DNA of 64,000 nucleotides from Myxococcota bacterium (GTDB lineage Bacteria; Myxococcota_A; SURF-8): NCBI GenBank assembly GCA_963674735.2, contig CAXXQS010000002.1, positions 1,312,001 to 1,376,000 of the forward strand, read 5' to 3'. Shown piece by piece: positions 19,580 to 27,745 of this stretch (position 1 is its first letter; each line of letters starts with the position of its first letter). The notes under the pieces were generated by a model. It saw only the letters and a program-made list of their open reading frames with translations, ran no database searches and was not told where the DNA came from. The position numbers and the translations under genes were made by a program.

Positions 19580-20488
19580 TTACTTGGCGATTGAGACGCC
19601 CAGGCCGATTCCGGCGAACAATCCGTGCATGGTGCCGAGTTTCCCCTCGGCATTTTGGGGAATGTTTTTAAAGACGCCTTCGTAAGCCACGAACAGATCG
19701 ACCATCAGGAATTTGTAGATCTTGTATTCGATTCCGGCGCCGACATCGACGCCCGCCCCTTCATCGTAGCGGTCGGTCCCGCCCGGCGGAGCCCAACCGG
19801 TTTGGACAAAGCCGACGTGACCCATGATGTAGGCGCGAAAGCTCTCATCATAAAAGCGATAGCGCAGGCCGGGCTTGACTTCGATGATTTTCAATCCAGC
19901 CGTTGCGCCGTCGAGGCTGGTTTTGCCCCAAGTCTGAGATAACCAAAGTTCGATGCCGAGATAGTCCCACAAGTCGTAACCCAGGTTGCCACCCACCGCG
20001 AAGCTCGTTCTTTCGCCGGTGGCCGGTACGGAGCCTGCACCGAAAAGTGAAAAACGCAGGTGATGTTGGCCTTTTCCCTCTTCGTCTGGAACGGATTCAT
20101 CTTCGGAACCGGCGATAACCTCGTCCTCCTCTTCGTCTTCGGATTCGTCGTCTTTTACTGTTTCGGTGGTCGGAGTTTGGGGTGCCGCTTCAGCGGTTAC
20201 CGGATCAGCTGGAGAAACGGGGGCCGCCTCGGGCTCCGTTTCAACTGGCGGCTCGGCAGGGCTTTCTTCAGTGGCCGGTTCTTCCGGACCAGCAGTCGGG
20301 TCGGCGGCCGTTTCGGACTTGGCGGGTGTCGGCTCGGTGGCAGCCTCGGAGGGAGGACTACTTTCGATCGTCGCTTCGGGTGCGGGTTCCGATGGCGCGG
20401 TCGAAGTGGATTCGGCCCACAATAAAGTCGGAAAGCTCAGCGTCACAAGTATGAGCGTTATCGGTAAAGACAAACCTTTGAGAACCAT
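19580..20488 (-). CDS. Outer-membrane beta-barrel protein with long Pro/Glu/Ala/Thr-rich N-terminal stalk
   Basis: GGGGAGG RBS before ATG 20488; signal peptide; low-complexity acidic region, then alternating beta-strands ending [14 protein letters not shown]. Confidence 0.75.
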   Translation of the reverse strand: MVLKGLSLPITLILVTLSFPTLLWAESTSTAPSEPAPEATIESSPPSEAATEPTPAKSETAADPTAGPEEPATEESPAEPPVETEPEAAPVSPADPVTAEAAPQTPTTETVKDDESEDEEEDEVIAGSEDESVPDEEGKGQHHLRFSLFGAGSVPATGERTSFAVGGNLGYDLWDYLGIELWLSQTWGKTSLDGATAGLKIIEVKPGLRYRFYDESFRAYIMGHVGFVQTGWAPPGGTDRYDEGAGVDVGAGIEYKIYKFLMVDLFVAYEGVFKNIPQNAEGKLGTMHGLFAGIGLGVSIAK

Positions 20489-20549
20489 CTGTATCCTCCC
20501 CGAACGGCAGTGTGGACATACGCCGACAAGCCACATGAAAAGTGGTATG

Positions 20550-20577
20550 AGTGTAGCAGAGGTTGGGGAGGATGCAA
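20550..20577 (-). promoter_or_regulatory. Sigma70-type promoter of the beta-barrel gene
   Basis: Minus strand TTGCAT-16 bp-TACACT with extended -10 TG. Confidence 0.45.
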
Positions 20578-20604
20578 ACGAAAGTTATGATGCGTTTAAG
20601 GTCG

Positions 20605-21052
20605 GACATAAAAGTATCGCGGCCTTCTCTGCGACTTTTGGGGAAGGGAAGGGTCAAGAATTGACGCGCATCACTCTTAGATGGGGAAACAAGGAGAATA
20701 AACCCATTCTCCCTCGGGGGTATTCTTGAAGAAATATTGATCCGCAGAGAAGGCCGTGGAAATCACTTAGCTTCAAAGAACGTGGCTAACCAGTATCTGA
20801 CGTTTTCGCGAATGATGACGGTGACAAGTTCAAGAAGCGGTTGCATGATGTCATCCTCAATGAAAGGAAAAAGGGAGGAGACCGGATAGGGCAACCTGGA
20901 AATAGAACATGAACCTCAGCGCACGACCAACTTTAACTTCAACACCACAGCGAGCCGCAATTAGTTCCGGTCTCCTCGAACCTTGATTTCGTCTTTCCTT
21001 GCCGTAGCAAGGTGAGATAGCCATTTTCTCAAAGAACTCACATCCGAATGGC
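20605..21052 (-). ncRNA. Candidate sigma54-dependent structured RNA (~450 nt) containing a small ORF
   Basis: Predicted +1 (21052) is the first base of a GCCAUU/AAUGGC stem; cUACGg hairpin; perfect 12-bp and 14-bp long-range stems; U-rich 3' end near 20605. Confidence 0.55.
20763..20846 (-). CDS. Small 27-aa peptide MQPLLELVTVIIRENVRYWLATFFEAK
   Basis: GAGGA RBS 7 nt before ATG; TGA stop; sits between two structured domains; below the ORF-track cutoff. Confidence 0.5.
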   Translation of the reverse strand: MQPLLELVTVIIRENVRYWLATFFEAK

Positions 21053-21062
21053 AGTTAATAGT

Positions 21063-21079
21063 AGCAATCAGTGTGCCAA
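21063..21079 (-). promoter_or_regulatory. Sigma54 (-24/-12) promoter
   Basis: Minus strand TTGGCACACTGATTGCT = TGGCAC-N5-TTGCW, GG-N10-GC spacing exact; IHF-like site 21117-21129 upstream. Confidence 0.8.
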
Positions 21080-21620
21080 AAAACGCAATCAACACTGTAA
21101 TGGTTGTTAATTACCTTGAATCATTGATAATTTTTAGTTATTTTTGTTTTACTGGATTCCACGGAGAAAAAAGACTATACGATCTCAAGCAGAAACGACG
21201 CAATATTTACGCCAACGAGCCGCTATAGCTCGAATGGGTCTACTGAAGGGAATTATTAAGCACTGATATGCAAAACCACGTATTTACGCTATTGAAAATC
21301 AGTAGAAGTACGTAGTCTTCTTGCCTTTTTGCCGCGCATTAATTGCGTTAAATTACGTATTGACACAAGTATGATTTAGTATAGTACTGATATAATTATA
21401 TAAATTAGATAATGATGACGCATTCATTTGTGTGTCCATAAATGCAACACAATTATGCGTTATTTTCCAGGTTAACCAGGTATACCAAAAGCTACTTACT
21501 TCGATCAAAATCGAGCTGCAAGATGGTGTCATATCGGTAATACTCAATAAATCCAGATATATAGGAAATATTACCCTCAACGGTTATGCCGCATGCACTC
21601 TTTTTCCAGAGATCGGATGA

Positions 21621-21645
21621 AGTGTTGCACGAAAACTGCAACACT
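21621..21645. promoter_or_regulatory. Palindromic protein-binding site AGTGTTGC-N9-GCAACACT (copy 1)
   Basis: AGTGTTGC ACGAAAACT GCAACACT. Confidence 0.6.
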
Positions 21646-21734
21646 GTATTTTTGGGCGAACATTGTGCAGCGATGCGTGTAAGTTATTGTTATTTCATGA
21701 TCATTTGCAATATAAGTAAGAATGAGGCCGAATA

Positions 21735-21759
21735 AGTGTTGCCGATTTGCCGCAACACT
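21735..21759. promoter_or_regulatory. Palindromic protein-binding site AGTGTTGC-N9-GCAACACT (copy 2)
   Basis: AGTGTTGC CGATTTGCC GCAACACT; same arms and spacer length as copy 1. Confidence 0.6.
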
Positions 21760-21989
21760 TTGCTGCGCTGGCCCGCCTTCTCTCTCCGTGTGACGCCGGG
21801 AGAAGCGTTGGAAATCGAATCGTTTTTACATCAGAACCGATTCGAAAACGCTGGGACGATAGTAAGGAGCGTGTTACCGACCCGAGCGGAAGAAATCACG
21901 CTTGCGGTTTTGACACGATGTGTTAAAGTGACCGCAACATCCAGATTAATCGCCGACCGTGCCCTTCTTTGGAGCGAATGGAGTGAAAC

Positions 21990-23912
21990 ATGGCGGCTTT
22001 TCGTTTTTCGGCCCGTGAACATGAGATCATCTATCGCCTGGGTCAGGTCATGATTCCGGCGGGAAAGATCTTCCCGCCGTTCTATCGTGATTTGTCGCTC
22101 AAAATCGAGCGCAAGCTGGCCGAGTCCTCCCCGACTTTGGGGCAGGCGTTTCGTGGCATGTTGTGGACGCTGGAAGAAAGTTCGCGCCTGCGCTACCTAC
22201 GCCCCTGCTCCAAGCTCGTTCCCGCAAAACGCTTGGCTTATCTAATGAGTTGGGCTCATGGCAGTTATCCCCAGCGCCTGGCCCTGCGACTGGTGTCCGG
22301 AGCCATCAAGATTGCGTATTACGACGATCCCGGGCTGTTCGAGCAGATCGGGGTGGACTATTACAAGCCGCCGGTCAAAGACGAGCCGGCGCGCTGGATG
22401 CAGCAGGTGATGCCCGGCGATGCGTTGACCGAAGACACCGAGCTTGAAGCCGAAGTGGTGGTGGTCGGCACCGGCGCCGGTGGGGCCGTGGTGGCTGCCG
22501 AACTCGCAGCCGCGGGCAATGCCGTCGTGATGATCGAAGAGGGCGATTACACAAGCCGCTCCCAATATTCGGGGCGTCCGTTCGACATGCAGGCGCTTTT
22601 ATATCGCAACATGGGGCTCACGGCCACCGTCGGCAACACCAGCATGGTGGTCCCGGTGGGCTGCACGGTAGGCGGTACCACCACGATCAATTCGGGAACC
22701 TGCTTTCGCACGCCGCGCCGAACACTCCGGCGCTGGCGCGAGCAATACGGCTTGACCGACTTTACCCCGAAGGCCATGGAATCCTATTTTCAGCGGGTTG
22801 AGGCCGTTTATCAGGTAACGGATGCGGAGATGAAGTATGTCGGTCCCAACGGCACCATCATCGCACGCGGGGCCGAACGCCTCGGTTATTCGCATGGCCC
22901 GCTTCCCCGCTGCGCCCCCGACTGCGACGGCCAAGGGGTCTGCTGTTTCGGCTGTCCGACCGACGCCAAGCGTTCCACCAACGTGTCCTACGTGCCCCGC
23001 GCGCTGGAAAACAATGCCTATTTGGTTGCCGGAACCTGCGTGGACCGCATTCTGATCGACCAGGGGCGCGCCGTGGGCGTGAGCGGTCTTTCGAAGAAAA
23101 CCGGTAAGCGTCTGACGGTCAAGGCTTCGGTTGTGGTGTTGGCCTGCGGAACCTTTTATACGCCTCTTATGTTGATGAAACACAAACTGGGCGCACGATC
23201 GGGTCAGCTTGGAAAGAACCTCTCCATTCATCCGGCTTCCAATGTCGGAGCGCTGGTGGATGAGTCGGTCGAGGCCTGGAAAACCATTCCCCAGGGTTAC
23301 ATGGTGGACGAGTTCGATGAAGAAGGCATTATGCTCGAAGGGGCGACGCTCCCCTTGGACTTCACCGCCATGTTCGTGCCCGATATCGGGCGCAGTTTGC
23401 AGGAATTGATGGAGAACTACACCCATCTCGCCAGCTTCGGGTTCATGATTGAAGATACGTCGCGTGGGGTTGTGCGTCCCGGTGCGGCAGGCATGCCGTT
23501 GATTTCCTACTTCGTCAACAAGCAGGATCTGGGAAAAATTCTACGCGGAATCGAAATCTTGTCGCGCGTGTATCTGGCCGCCGGAGCGCGCAAAATCATG
23601 CCACCGGTTTTCGGCTGGGATCCGATATTCAGTGAAACCGACCTGGAAGCCAACCTTACCCGCAAGGTGCATGCCCGCGATGTGGACCTCAGCGCCTTCC
23701 ATCCCCTGGGGACCTGCAGTATGGGCGACAATCCCGATCGGTCGGTGACCGGGCCCTACGGCGAGATGTGGGATGTGCCCAACCTGTTTGTCTGTGATGG
23801 CTCGGCTGTTCCGCCCGCGCTGGGAGTGAATCCGCAAATCACCATCGGGGCGCTGGCCACTCGCACGGCCGATTATATTTCCGACCGGCTAAAGACCCTC
23901 AGCCAGATATGA
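21990..23912 (+). CDS. GMC family FAD oxidoreductase (long-chain alcohol oxidase-like) with N-terminal helical domain
   Basis: VVVVGTGAGG; GCTVGGTTTINSG; CDGQGVCCFGC; FHPLGTCSMG; GVNPQITI. Confidence 0.92.
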   Translation: MAAFRFSAREHEIIYRLGQVMIPAGKIFPPFYRDLSLKIERKLAESSPTLGQAFRGMLWTLEESSRLRYLRPCSKLVPAKRLAYLMSWAHGSYPQRLALRLVSGAIKIAYYDDPGLFEQIGVDYYKPPVKDEPARWMQQVMPGDALTEDTELEAEVVVVGTGAGGAVVAAELAAAGNAVVMIEEGDYTSRSQYSGRPFDMQALLYRNMGLTATVGNTSMVVPVGCTVGGTTTINSGTCFRTPRRTLRRWREQYGLTDFTPKAMESYFQRVEAVYQVTDAEMKYVGPNGTIIARGAERLGYSHGPLPRCAPDCDGQGVCCFGCPTDAKRSTNVSYVPRALENNAYLVAGTCVDRILIDQGRAVGVSGLSKKTGKRLTVKASVVVLACGTFYTPLMLMKHKLGARSGQLGKNLSIHPASNVGALVDESVEAWKTIPQGYMVDEFDEEGIMLEGATLPLDFTAMFVPDIGRSLQELMENYTHLASFGFMIEDTSRGVVRPGAAGMPLISYFVNKQDLGKILRGIEILSRVYLAAGARKIMPPVFGWDPIFSETDLEANLTRKVHARDVDLSAFHPLGTCSMGDNPDRSVTGPYGEMWDVPNLFVCDGSAVPPALGVNPQITIGALATRTADYISDRLKTLSQI

Positions 23913-23939
23913 TGCTAGGCATTTGTTCGGATCGACGGG

Positions 23940-25682
23940 CTATTCCTCACCCAAACCGATAAGAATACCGCGTACTTCCGCCGCGTGCGCATCGCGGGGA
24001 TAGAGGGACACGAAGCGCTTGAACAAGTCGGTGGCTTTCGCGCTTTGCCCAACCTTGATGAGGCTTTTCCCCTGGCGGTACAGCGCGTCGTTGCGCCGGT
24101 CGCGTTGGCCGGTGCCGAGATAGCGATCGTACAGTTGGGCCGCTTCCTTATAGCGTTCGAGTTTGTAGGCGGTGTCGGCCGCGGTCAGCAGAGCGCGTGG
24201 CGCCTGATAACCATTGGGATGCCGATCGGCCACACTTCGGCAACGGTGCAGTGTTTCGATGTCCTGGCCACTCTGTTGGGCATTACGGCACAGGGCGAAA
24301 CGCACTTCCTCACTCAAAGTTCCATCCCCGAATTCCGCCAGATAACGCGCCCAGACCGTGCGAGCCTGCTTCAGCCGTGCCAGGCGGTCCTGCAGGATGT
24401 AACCGTGTGTATATAGGGCATTTTCACGTAGGCTTGGACGTGTGAGAACACGTTCGGCGCGTTCGAGAGTGTTGACGGCCGTTGATAGACGACCCAGGGC
24501 GAGCTGGTTTTCCGCCGACAAATAGAGGGCGTCTTCGGCTTCCGGGGCTTGGGGAAAACGTCGCTGCAGGGAATCGAGCAAGGCGAGTGCCTGATCGAAG
24601 CGGCGGCCACTTTGCGCCTGGCGTGCTTCGGCCAGAAGATCGGCGGCTGTCACCGAGTTTTCGGTCGCTGGAGAGGCTTTGAAAGCAACACGCGGCGTCG
24701 GTTTGGTATGCCGAGGTTTAGGCGAGGTGTAGTCGGTTTCGGGCACCGGTGCGAGGAGAGCGACCAGCGTGGGCCATTCGGCCAGGGGTTCCTGTTCGGT
24801 GGATCCGTCGGGCTTGAAACGAAACGCTTGACCCGGTTGCACGATCCGGCGGGGCCGGTCGGGCTCGTGGGGGGTGACCAACACCTCACCTTCGCTGACG
24901 CCCACCAGCGTATCACCCGTAGGTGTGACTTGCACGGCGAAGCGTGTTCCGCGAACGCTGATTTTATGGGTAGGAGTGGTGACGGCCAGGCTTTGATCGG
25001 ATTTGAGCGGAGCGACGTCCACCGCCGTGACACCGGCACGCAGGTCGAGCAGAATATCGCGTTCGTCCGCGCGCACCACCTGCACGGTGGCGGTTTCGAA
25101 AACGACTTCCACCCCGCTGCGGAAAAGGGTGGTAAGGCGTGCGTCTTCGGCCATTTTCAAAGTGGAACCGGCGCTTAACTGGACTCCGGCATCAACGACT
25201 TCACTCGAACCGTCGGGATTCACGCGGGTGATGGCACCCTTGAATGATAACGGCTGAATGGATAAAGGTCGTGGAATATCGGTCGGTTCGGATGGTGGAT
25301 TGCTCTGCGCCACTTGGTTTCCGGGATCGGGAATGGGGGAAAGGGTTGGGCTCAACATCAGCCCCCAGATTAGAAGACCGATCAGAATTCCGGCCGCCAA
25401 AGCCGGAGCCGGACGCAGACAGCCGCGTAAAAGCCGGTTCAGCCAGGGAAGGCCGGATGTTTCCTCCGCAGCCTGCAAAAAGCGGGCGCGTGCACGAAAC
25501 GTCTCTTCGCGTCCGGCTTCTGGAACTGCGGTTTCAAGCAGGTCGCGAATCCCTTGCATGCGTGCCGATCGGGCTTGGCAGCTGGGACAGCTTTCGACGT
25601 GCGTCCGCCAGCGAGCGGCTTGCGGGCCGTCGGGGCGGTGATGGCAATCGATCAGGTCATTGAAAGTCGGATGGTCGGGCAT
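23940..25682 (-). CDS. Anti-sigma factor: zf-HC2-like N-terminus, TM, FecR domain, TPR C-terminus
   Basis: HVESCPSC motif; TM; VTTP...ISVRGTRFAV...VGVSEGEVLV FecR motif; BamD-like TPRs; directly downstream of the ECF sigma. Confidence 0.85.
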   Translation of the reverse strand: MPDHPTFNDLIDCHHRPDGPQAARWRTHVESCPSCQARSARMQGIRDLLETAVPEAGREETFRARARFLQAAEETSGLPWLNRLLRGCLRPAPALAAGILIGLLIWGLMLSPTLSPIPDPGNQVAQSNPPSEPTDIPRPLSIQPLSFKGAITRVNPDGSSEVVDAGVQLSAGSTLKMAEDARLTTLFRSGVEVVFETATVQVVRADERDILLDLRAGVTAVDVAPLKSDQSLAVTTPTHKISVRGTRFAVQVTPTGDTLVGVSEGEVLVTPHEPDRPRRIVQPGQAFRFKPDGSTEQEPLAEWPTLVALLAPVPETDYTSPKPRHTKPTPRVAFKASPATENSVTAADLLAEARQAQSGRRFDQALALLDSLQRRFPQAPEAEDALYLSAENQLALGRLSTAVNTLERAERVLTRPSLRENALYTHGYILQDRLARLKQARTVWARYLAEFGDGTLSEEVRFALCRNAQQSGQDIETLHRCRSVADRHPNGYQAPRALLTAADTAYKLERYKEAAQLYDRYLGTGQRDRRNDALYRQGKSLIKVGQSAKATDLFKRFVSLYPRDAHAAEVRGILIGLGEE

Positions 25683-25684
25683 GA

Positions 25685-26326
25685 CTATCCCTCGTTTTCC
25701 TCGCCGCTGAAATAGCCGTGGCGGTTGATTTTTTCCCAGAAAAGTTTGCGGGCCTGGTGCAGCCGCGACCAGACGGCCGACACGCTGCAGCCGAGAACCT
25801 CGGCAATCTGTTCACTCGACAATTGTTCCAATTCGGCCAATAAAAACACGTTACGCTTTTTTTCCGGCAGAGATTGCAGGATTTCGGCCACCATTTTGAG
25901 ACGTTCGTTTGTTTCCATTTGATTGAGTGCGTCGGGGTCACCGGCCATGGCGTCCACGGCTTCCATATCCACACGTCCGGGTTCGCGCATCTTGCGTCGC
26001 AGGTGTTGATTGGCCACATTCATGGCGATGCGAAAAACCCAGGACGACAGTTGGGAATCGCCGCGGAAGCGTTTGAGACCGCGATGAATTTCGAGCATGG
26101 TGCTCTGCACCAGATCTTCCAATTCCGGCCCGGGGCCGTATAGCCGGATCAAAATGCGGCGGACATTGGGGTAGGCGCGGGTGAAAAGCGTTTCAAGCGC
26201 CTCGCGTTCCCCGTGTTGGCAACGGGCCACGAGTTCGGGGTCACTAAGATGATGGGAGGCCGCTTGTGGTCCGGGATCTTCTTTTCCGGGTATGGAGGCG
26301 ACCGATTGTCCGAACATGAATGCCAT
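25685..26326 (-). CDS. ECF sigma-70 family RNA polymerase sigma factor
   Basis: EDLVQSTML...FRGDSQLSSWVFRIAMN (region 2); LPEKKRNVFLL...EQIAEVLGCSVSAVWSRL (region 4). Confidence 0.93.
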   Translation of the reverse strand: MAFMFGQSVASIPGKEDPGPQAASHHLSDPELVARCQHGEREALETLFTRAYPNVRRILIRLYGPGPELEDLVQSTMLEIHRGLKRFRGDSQLSSWVFRIAMNVANQHLRRKMREPGRVDMEAVDAMAGDPDALNQMETNERLKMVAEILQSLPEKKRNVFLLAELEQLSSEQIAEVLGCSVSAVWSRLHQARKLFWEKINRHGYFSGEENEG

Positions 26327-26399
26327 TCGCAATTCTCCCCTTGCTTATAGATAGGGTGACGGCGGCAGGCAATCCTTGCAGGCATTTGATCTCACGGGG

Positions 26400-27626
26400 T
26401 CACCTTAAAAAGTCGAAGACCAGTCCGGCGTTGAAGCGAAGGGAGAACGGAGGTTGTTTGAACAGCGTTTCATTGGCTACCTGATAGGTTTGGGCGCGGG
26501 GGGTGAAACCGCCGTTGATGTTGAGCGTGAAACCCATAAATGGCAGAAAATAATAGGCATATCCAGCCCCGGCGGTCAAGCCGATATTGACTCGGTCGAA
26601 GCTGTGATCGGGAATTTCATTTTGCGGATCGGAAAAATGGAAACGAGTGATGGTGGCCAGCATGGCGAAGTTGAAGGCGACTTCGTGACGCTCGACGATC
26701 AGGACGAAGCGGCCCCCGGCCCAAAGGGGAATTTCGAGGAAGCGCAGCCGATAGTTTGGGTGATCGGGATGGATGGGCAGCAGGTAGGCCGCACCCAGAT
26801 GAAGAAGCAGTGGAGGAAAGGGAAAGTATCCGATATCACCGGAGAAACCCCACATTTTAGTTCCGGTCTCGGGATAGGCAACGAAGGTCGCAGTCGTTTC
26901 CAGGGCCAGCTTGCTCGGTTCCTCCGGTTTGGGTGGCAGCACAACTTTTGTTGATGGCAAAGACGGCCTAAAGGCTTTTTGCGCTGTGGCGGGGGTGGGT
27001 CGGGGGCGTTCGTAGCGGATCATGGAAGCCAGTAGCGAAGCCAATGGCGCACTGGCCACAGCCGACCCGGCGCTGGACAGGCGACGCACGATCAGAACGT
27101 CGACAGCCGGAAAATAGACGGATAACGAAACCTTCGTTTCCGTCTCATCCTTCCGTGCATTCGGATTGTCTCCCCCGATCCAGGCATAGGCCACCACGTT
27201 GCCACGCGGCGTTGCAGCCGCGAGGCGTTTGGCCAGGGATTCCGACCCGTTGTCAAGGTTTGGAATGCTTTCAGCTTGGACGGTCAGGCGTTCCTTTTCC
27301 AGATCGCCGCTCAAAAGGGCCGCGATTTCATCCATGTTGCCGGTTTGGGAGGCGGTTTCCGGGAATTTGAACAGAACCACCGTTCCCAGCGAAGGATGGG
27401 CGGAGGCGGTTGCGGTGCACAACCACATCCAGATCAGCCCGAGCATGAAAACGTTCGATGTGGTTCGCCGTCCCTTCACAAAACCTCCCGTTGAAAATCG
27501 CGCATTAAAAGAATTCGATTGTAGCATAAATGATCCCATTTCGGAAAGCCGGTGCTGCAGCTTTCGTGCAGCTTTCAGTCGGTCTGGGAAACCAGCGGGA
27601 TTGCAGGCTTGTTCGTATTGATACAT
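26400..27626 (-). CDS. Hypothetical exported protein with C-terminal beta-barrel (true start probably ~27480)
   Basis: Signal-like LGLIWMWLCTATASA; Pro-rich linker; alternating beta-strands ending LRFNAGLVFDFLR. Confidence 0.6.
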   Translation of the reverse strand: MYQYEQACNPAGFPDRLKAARKLQHRLSEMGSFMLQSNSFNARFSTGGFVKGRRTTSNVFMLGLIWMWLCTATASAHPSLGTVVLFKFPETASQTGNMDEIAALLSGDLEKERLTVQAESIPNLDNGSESLAKRLAAATPRGNVVAYAWIGGDNPNARKDETETKVSLSVYFPAVDVLIVRRLSSAGSAVASAPLASLLASMIRYERPRPTPATAQKAFRPSLPSTKVVLPPKPEEPSKLALETTATFVAYPETGTKMWGFSGDIGYFPFPPLLLHLGAAYLLPIHPDHPNYRLRFLEIPLWAGGRFVLIVERHEVAFNFAMLATITRFHFSDPQNEIPDHSFDRVNIGLTAGAGYAYYFLPFMGFTLNINGGFTPRAQTYQVANETLFKQPPFSLRFNAGLVFDFLR

Positions 27627-27745
27627 AACTGGCTTGAATTACATGGCTTTTGCCGGAATGTCAGAGGGGCTATACGAAATTATACTTGACGACGCCGGGA
27701 TGAGGACTATAGTCAGACACCGTTTATGGAGGACGAGTAGCTCTG

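Noticed and set aside
20620-20977. Retron msr-msd, MITE or IS ends suggested by the long inverted repeats
   Set aside because: No reverse transcriptase or transposase nearby, no target-site duplication seen, and the two repeats are unrelated in sequence
20857-21024. 55-codon minus-strand ORF (MAISPCYGKERR...) whose stop overlaps the micro-ORF RBS
   Set aside because: No clear RBS, its start is buried in the 5' stem and it runs through the structured domain; not excluded, but unsupported
20605-21052. tmRNA, RNase P RNA, 6S or SRP identity
   Set aside because: No tRNA-like ends or CCA, no GAGGAAAGUCC, no SRP loop motif recognised; a cmscan is still needed
21353-21620. ORFs 21353-21580 (-) and 21432-21620 (+)
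   Set aside because: AT-rich, atypical codon usage, no RBS; likely chance ORFs in regulatory DNA
21080-21730. oriC or dif site in the AT-rich tract
   Set aside because: No clustered TTATCCACA DnaA boxes, no XerC/D dif consensus, and no dnaA/gidA context seen
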